Of a stretch of DNA of 49,483 bases, positions 46,549 to 49,483 are shown piece after piece. Position 1 is the first letter of the stretch; the number at the start of each line of letters is the position of its first letter. Position numbers and translations under genes: made by a program. A model generated the notes under the pieces. It was not told the origin of the DNA and made no database searches. It worked only from the letters and a program-made list of their open reading frames with translations. Source of the stretch: Chromera velia (Eukaryota); contig JAHBMJ010000387.1 of NCBI GenBank assembly GCA_018398765.1, forward strand, positions 1 to 49,483, written 5' to 3'.

Positions 46549-49483
46549 GCCGTCGAGGTTTATTTCTTTTTGCCCCTACGCTTTCTCGCCTTCTTTGAAG
46601 ATTCGTGTGGGCATCCTGTTGTTCTGACATCTAAGTGTGTACCTAAATGCGCATCAGCACGACTGTCACAGTGGAGAGATGTGGACGTCTCCTTCTTTCT
46701 TTGAAAAGACGCACGCTTGCTTTGCTGTTATGTGCGCTTTCGCTTTTACTTGGTCCTCCAAATACACGGGTCGCTTTGTGAATGCTGAGAAAAGGAATCA
46801 CCTAAAGCATCTTTCACAGACTCAGGATACATGAGTTCAATCGCGTTGCGTAGGTCCATTTGCATTTCCCCTCTTCTCTTGCAGGGATCCATCTGTTGCT
46901 TCTGAACGTAGGAGTTGTTCAGAGCTGGACTCCTTCGAAAAGAGGCGATGCTTCGATGGGCGAAATTCCACCTTCTGGGGGTCCTCCGGCTCCTGAGCTT
47001 TCCTCTCTGGGTGCGCCCCCCTTTGCCGCTCAGCTCTTGTCTCGGGGCGAGGCGGGGGAGGTTCATCAGGTTCACATGGGACAGGAAAACTCGAGCAATC
47101 CTTCCAAGGAGAAATCGGGTCCCTCCTCCCAACATTCAGCATTCCTCCAGAACCGTGCTGGATTTGCAGGAGCTCTCTCCTCTGACTCAGCTGGAGAGGA
47201 GGAGGAGGGGGATGGAGAGGCCGGACTCAGCCCCTCACCTTCTCCCTCATTTGCAGAAGAAGCAGAAGGCGAATCTGATGCAGGCACACCGGGGGACAAT
47301 GAGGCATCAGAGGGGGCTTCAGATTCGATGCTAGTGTCCGAGGACCAGAATCCCGACTCACCCCCGCCCTCAGAGGCAGGAGAAGAAGAGGAGGAAGAAG
47401 ACCCTACGGGTATTCCCTCAGTAGACCTAGAAGACGAGGGTGAAGGTGAGGGGGGAGCAGGGGACGAGACGGATGACAAGTACACCATCGAAGGGATTGG
47501 AGGGACCCGTTCAAAGGAGAGTCCATTCCGCAAGCTGGCAAAGACTCAGAGAGGGAAGATCAAATGCAGTGAAGGCAGCTACCCTCATCGGCATAAATTT
47601 GCTTGTGTGTCGATGTTCGACACAATTCCTGACTACTCTTGGCCCAACCTGGACATGATCAACAGAAGAATTCCGGGCCACTCCGTCTCCAGGTGAGTGG
47701 ACGCAACTCCCTACCTTGATTTTCTTCTACTGAAGTTTCACAACAATAATAAGAAGAAGACGAAAAAGGAGCACACAGCACAATCCTTACGGCCCCAGAG
47801 TTCACTTCGCCTCCTGTCTGAGGATACTGAATGCTCTTTGCAACTTCCATTCAAGCTCTCTGACGTGTGTTCCCTGAATCCCAAGTAGCATACGACAGAT
47901 TCGCCGACAACAACAGACAGAAATGGGTTCTCTTTTCTGTCTTCCTAACGCACACATTGCCCTACAGTCAACGTTTTACTTCTCGGACTGTCTGTTTTGT
48001 TGTGTGACCGTCTCGCAAGCCATTCTTTCATCGTTTCATCCTCTGAACGAACGCACGCACACAGATTTGCGAACAAATTGTCGAAGGAGGCCCTCGACAC
48101 GATGACCGGATTTGAAAAAGAGCGGCTGATCTTTCTCAAAGACGCAAAGGGACTCAGAGAACAGTGCGAGGTCAGCAGAGCCTGCAGTGTCCCAATATTC
48201 AATTTCTGGAGCCTGACATGCTTTTTTGATTTTCTGATTGATCACATGCAGTCACTCACTAGATGTGCTGATTGGGTTGAATTGTATTGACTGTTAGTTT
48301 TCTTTTTTCTTCAGGAAGAGAACGCGAGGGAGCGCATCCTCCATCGTTCCTTTGAGACTGTCGACTTTGGGGTCGGCAAACAACTGCGTCCCCTGACGTC
48401 GTGCCTCGATTGGGTCGTGGACTGGGCAGAAATCCTCAAGGTCAGTCAATTCGCTCTCAGCTCTGGGTGAGAATGGATGAAGAGGCGGTAGAGAGGAGAA
48501 AGATTTGCATCAGCTTGCCTAATTTTTGCACAACTTTCACGTACTGAGGGTCAAGTAGATTGTCTCCCATGTTCTTCGCCTCCTGTGAACAGAAAGGCAA
48601 TTAAGTCATTGTCTCTTTCCCCCTTTCACGTTTGATTTCCTCCTTATTTTTCTCTTTGCAGTGGGGTGAGGGATTGAAAGAGCGGCCTCCTAAGAACGTC
48701 TTTCCGACTTCCGACAAAGCCAACAAGCCGCTGTCGGTTCTTCAACCCTTCGTGCCATTCGATCTCTTCTCCCTTGCCCTTCTGCACGGGGATCCTTTTT
48801 TCTTCACGGAGTTCGTGAGAGAGATGCGTTTGTATGAGTACGAATTGTATATGATCAATTCAGACCCCCAAGGAAAGACCTGGTTCCAGAATTCTCTTTC
48901 ACCTTTCAGTTCTGAGAGAGGCAAATACGCAAAAGTCAGATCTTCAAGATCGGAAGCAGAAGAATACAAACCTCCCTCAGCAGTCAGCGGGGACTCCCAC
49001 GAAGTTGCCGAAATGCACAAGAGGAAAAAGTCCACCAAGTGGCGGCAGGGGGGGAACCTGAAAAAACTGAGTGGGGATGAACTTTCAAAAAAGAAACGAG
49101 AAATTGAAGCAAGGGCAGCAATGAAAAAGGAGGCGGAGACCCACGAAACGTCACAAACAGACGGAGAGAGAGACTATGAGATAACTGACGCAAAACTACA
49201 AGCAGAAATTGCAAGAAGAAAAAGAGGCACGCACGTACCTGAGATCACAAATGGCAGCTACCTCCGACCTGATCGGAAGAATGCATCAGCTGACGACAAA
49301 CACCCAAAGGTTCAGACACGCTCAGAGCTCAAAAAGGCCCTTGAAGCGAGGCTGAAAGGAATGCCCATGCCTGACAGCTTCAAAATAGCAACGGGCCCAA
49401 GGGACCCGGAACAAGAAACGTTTGACAGGTCCTCCTCTCCAAAGGTACCTGAAGCTCCTCCGATGGTCCTTACTCCCCCCCCC
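46107..49483 (+). CDS. Secreted protein with an acidic N-terminal region, 3'-truncated by the window; exons 46107-46131, 46885-47692, 48065-48170, 48315-48440, 48662->49483
   Basis: Splicing creates a signal peptide, [22 protein letters not shown]. All phases are consistent and the last exon is open to the window end. Confidence 0.8.
46300..46546. repeat. (GT)n/(GCGT)n microsatellite in intron 1
   Basis: Seen directly in the sequence. Confidence 0.97.

Noticed and set aside
1..49483. Dinoflagellate-type spliced-leader relics, rRNA or intact tRNA genes
   Set aside because: I found none by eye. A covariance-model scan was not possible.

Overview
This is eukaryotic, intron-rich genomic DNA with many microsatellites. 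It most likely comes from a myzozoan alveolate (apicomplexan or chromerid relative). That call is an inference from the Alba1-type protein, TGCATGCA motifs, GTGAGT/GTCAGT donors and a MOLO1/TPM gene. I built eight gene models by hand: Alba with RGG tail, a PH-domain low-complexity protein, pyroglutamyl-peptidase I, a single-domain 6TM cation channel with a TLENW filter, a MOLO1/TPM-TM-U-box-like protein, a mitochondrion-targeted unknown, a type II membrane unknown, and a secreted acidic protein that runs off the window end. Between the genes are sharply bounded AT/TpA-rich islands made of nested non-autonomous transposons: a LINE 3' end, three copies of an 8-bp-TSD MITE, two CTAG-ended TIR elements, a 115-bp MITE and two Helitron-like elements. 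The strongest signal is that the two Helitron-like copies differ almost only by C/T and G/A transitions, in all cytosine contexts. This suggests a RIP-like or dense methylation-deamination genome-defence process in a non-fungal lineage. About 14 kb (12.7-26.9 kb) has no credible coding gene. Exon coordinates come from manual reading and are not transcript-verified.
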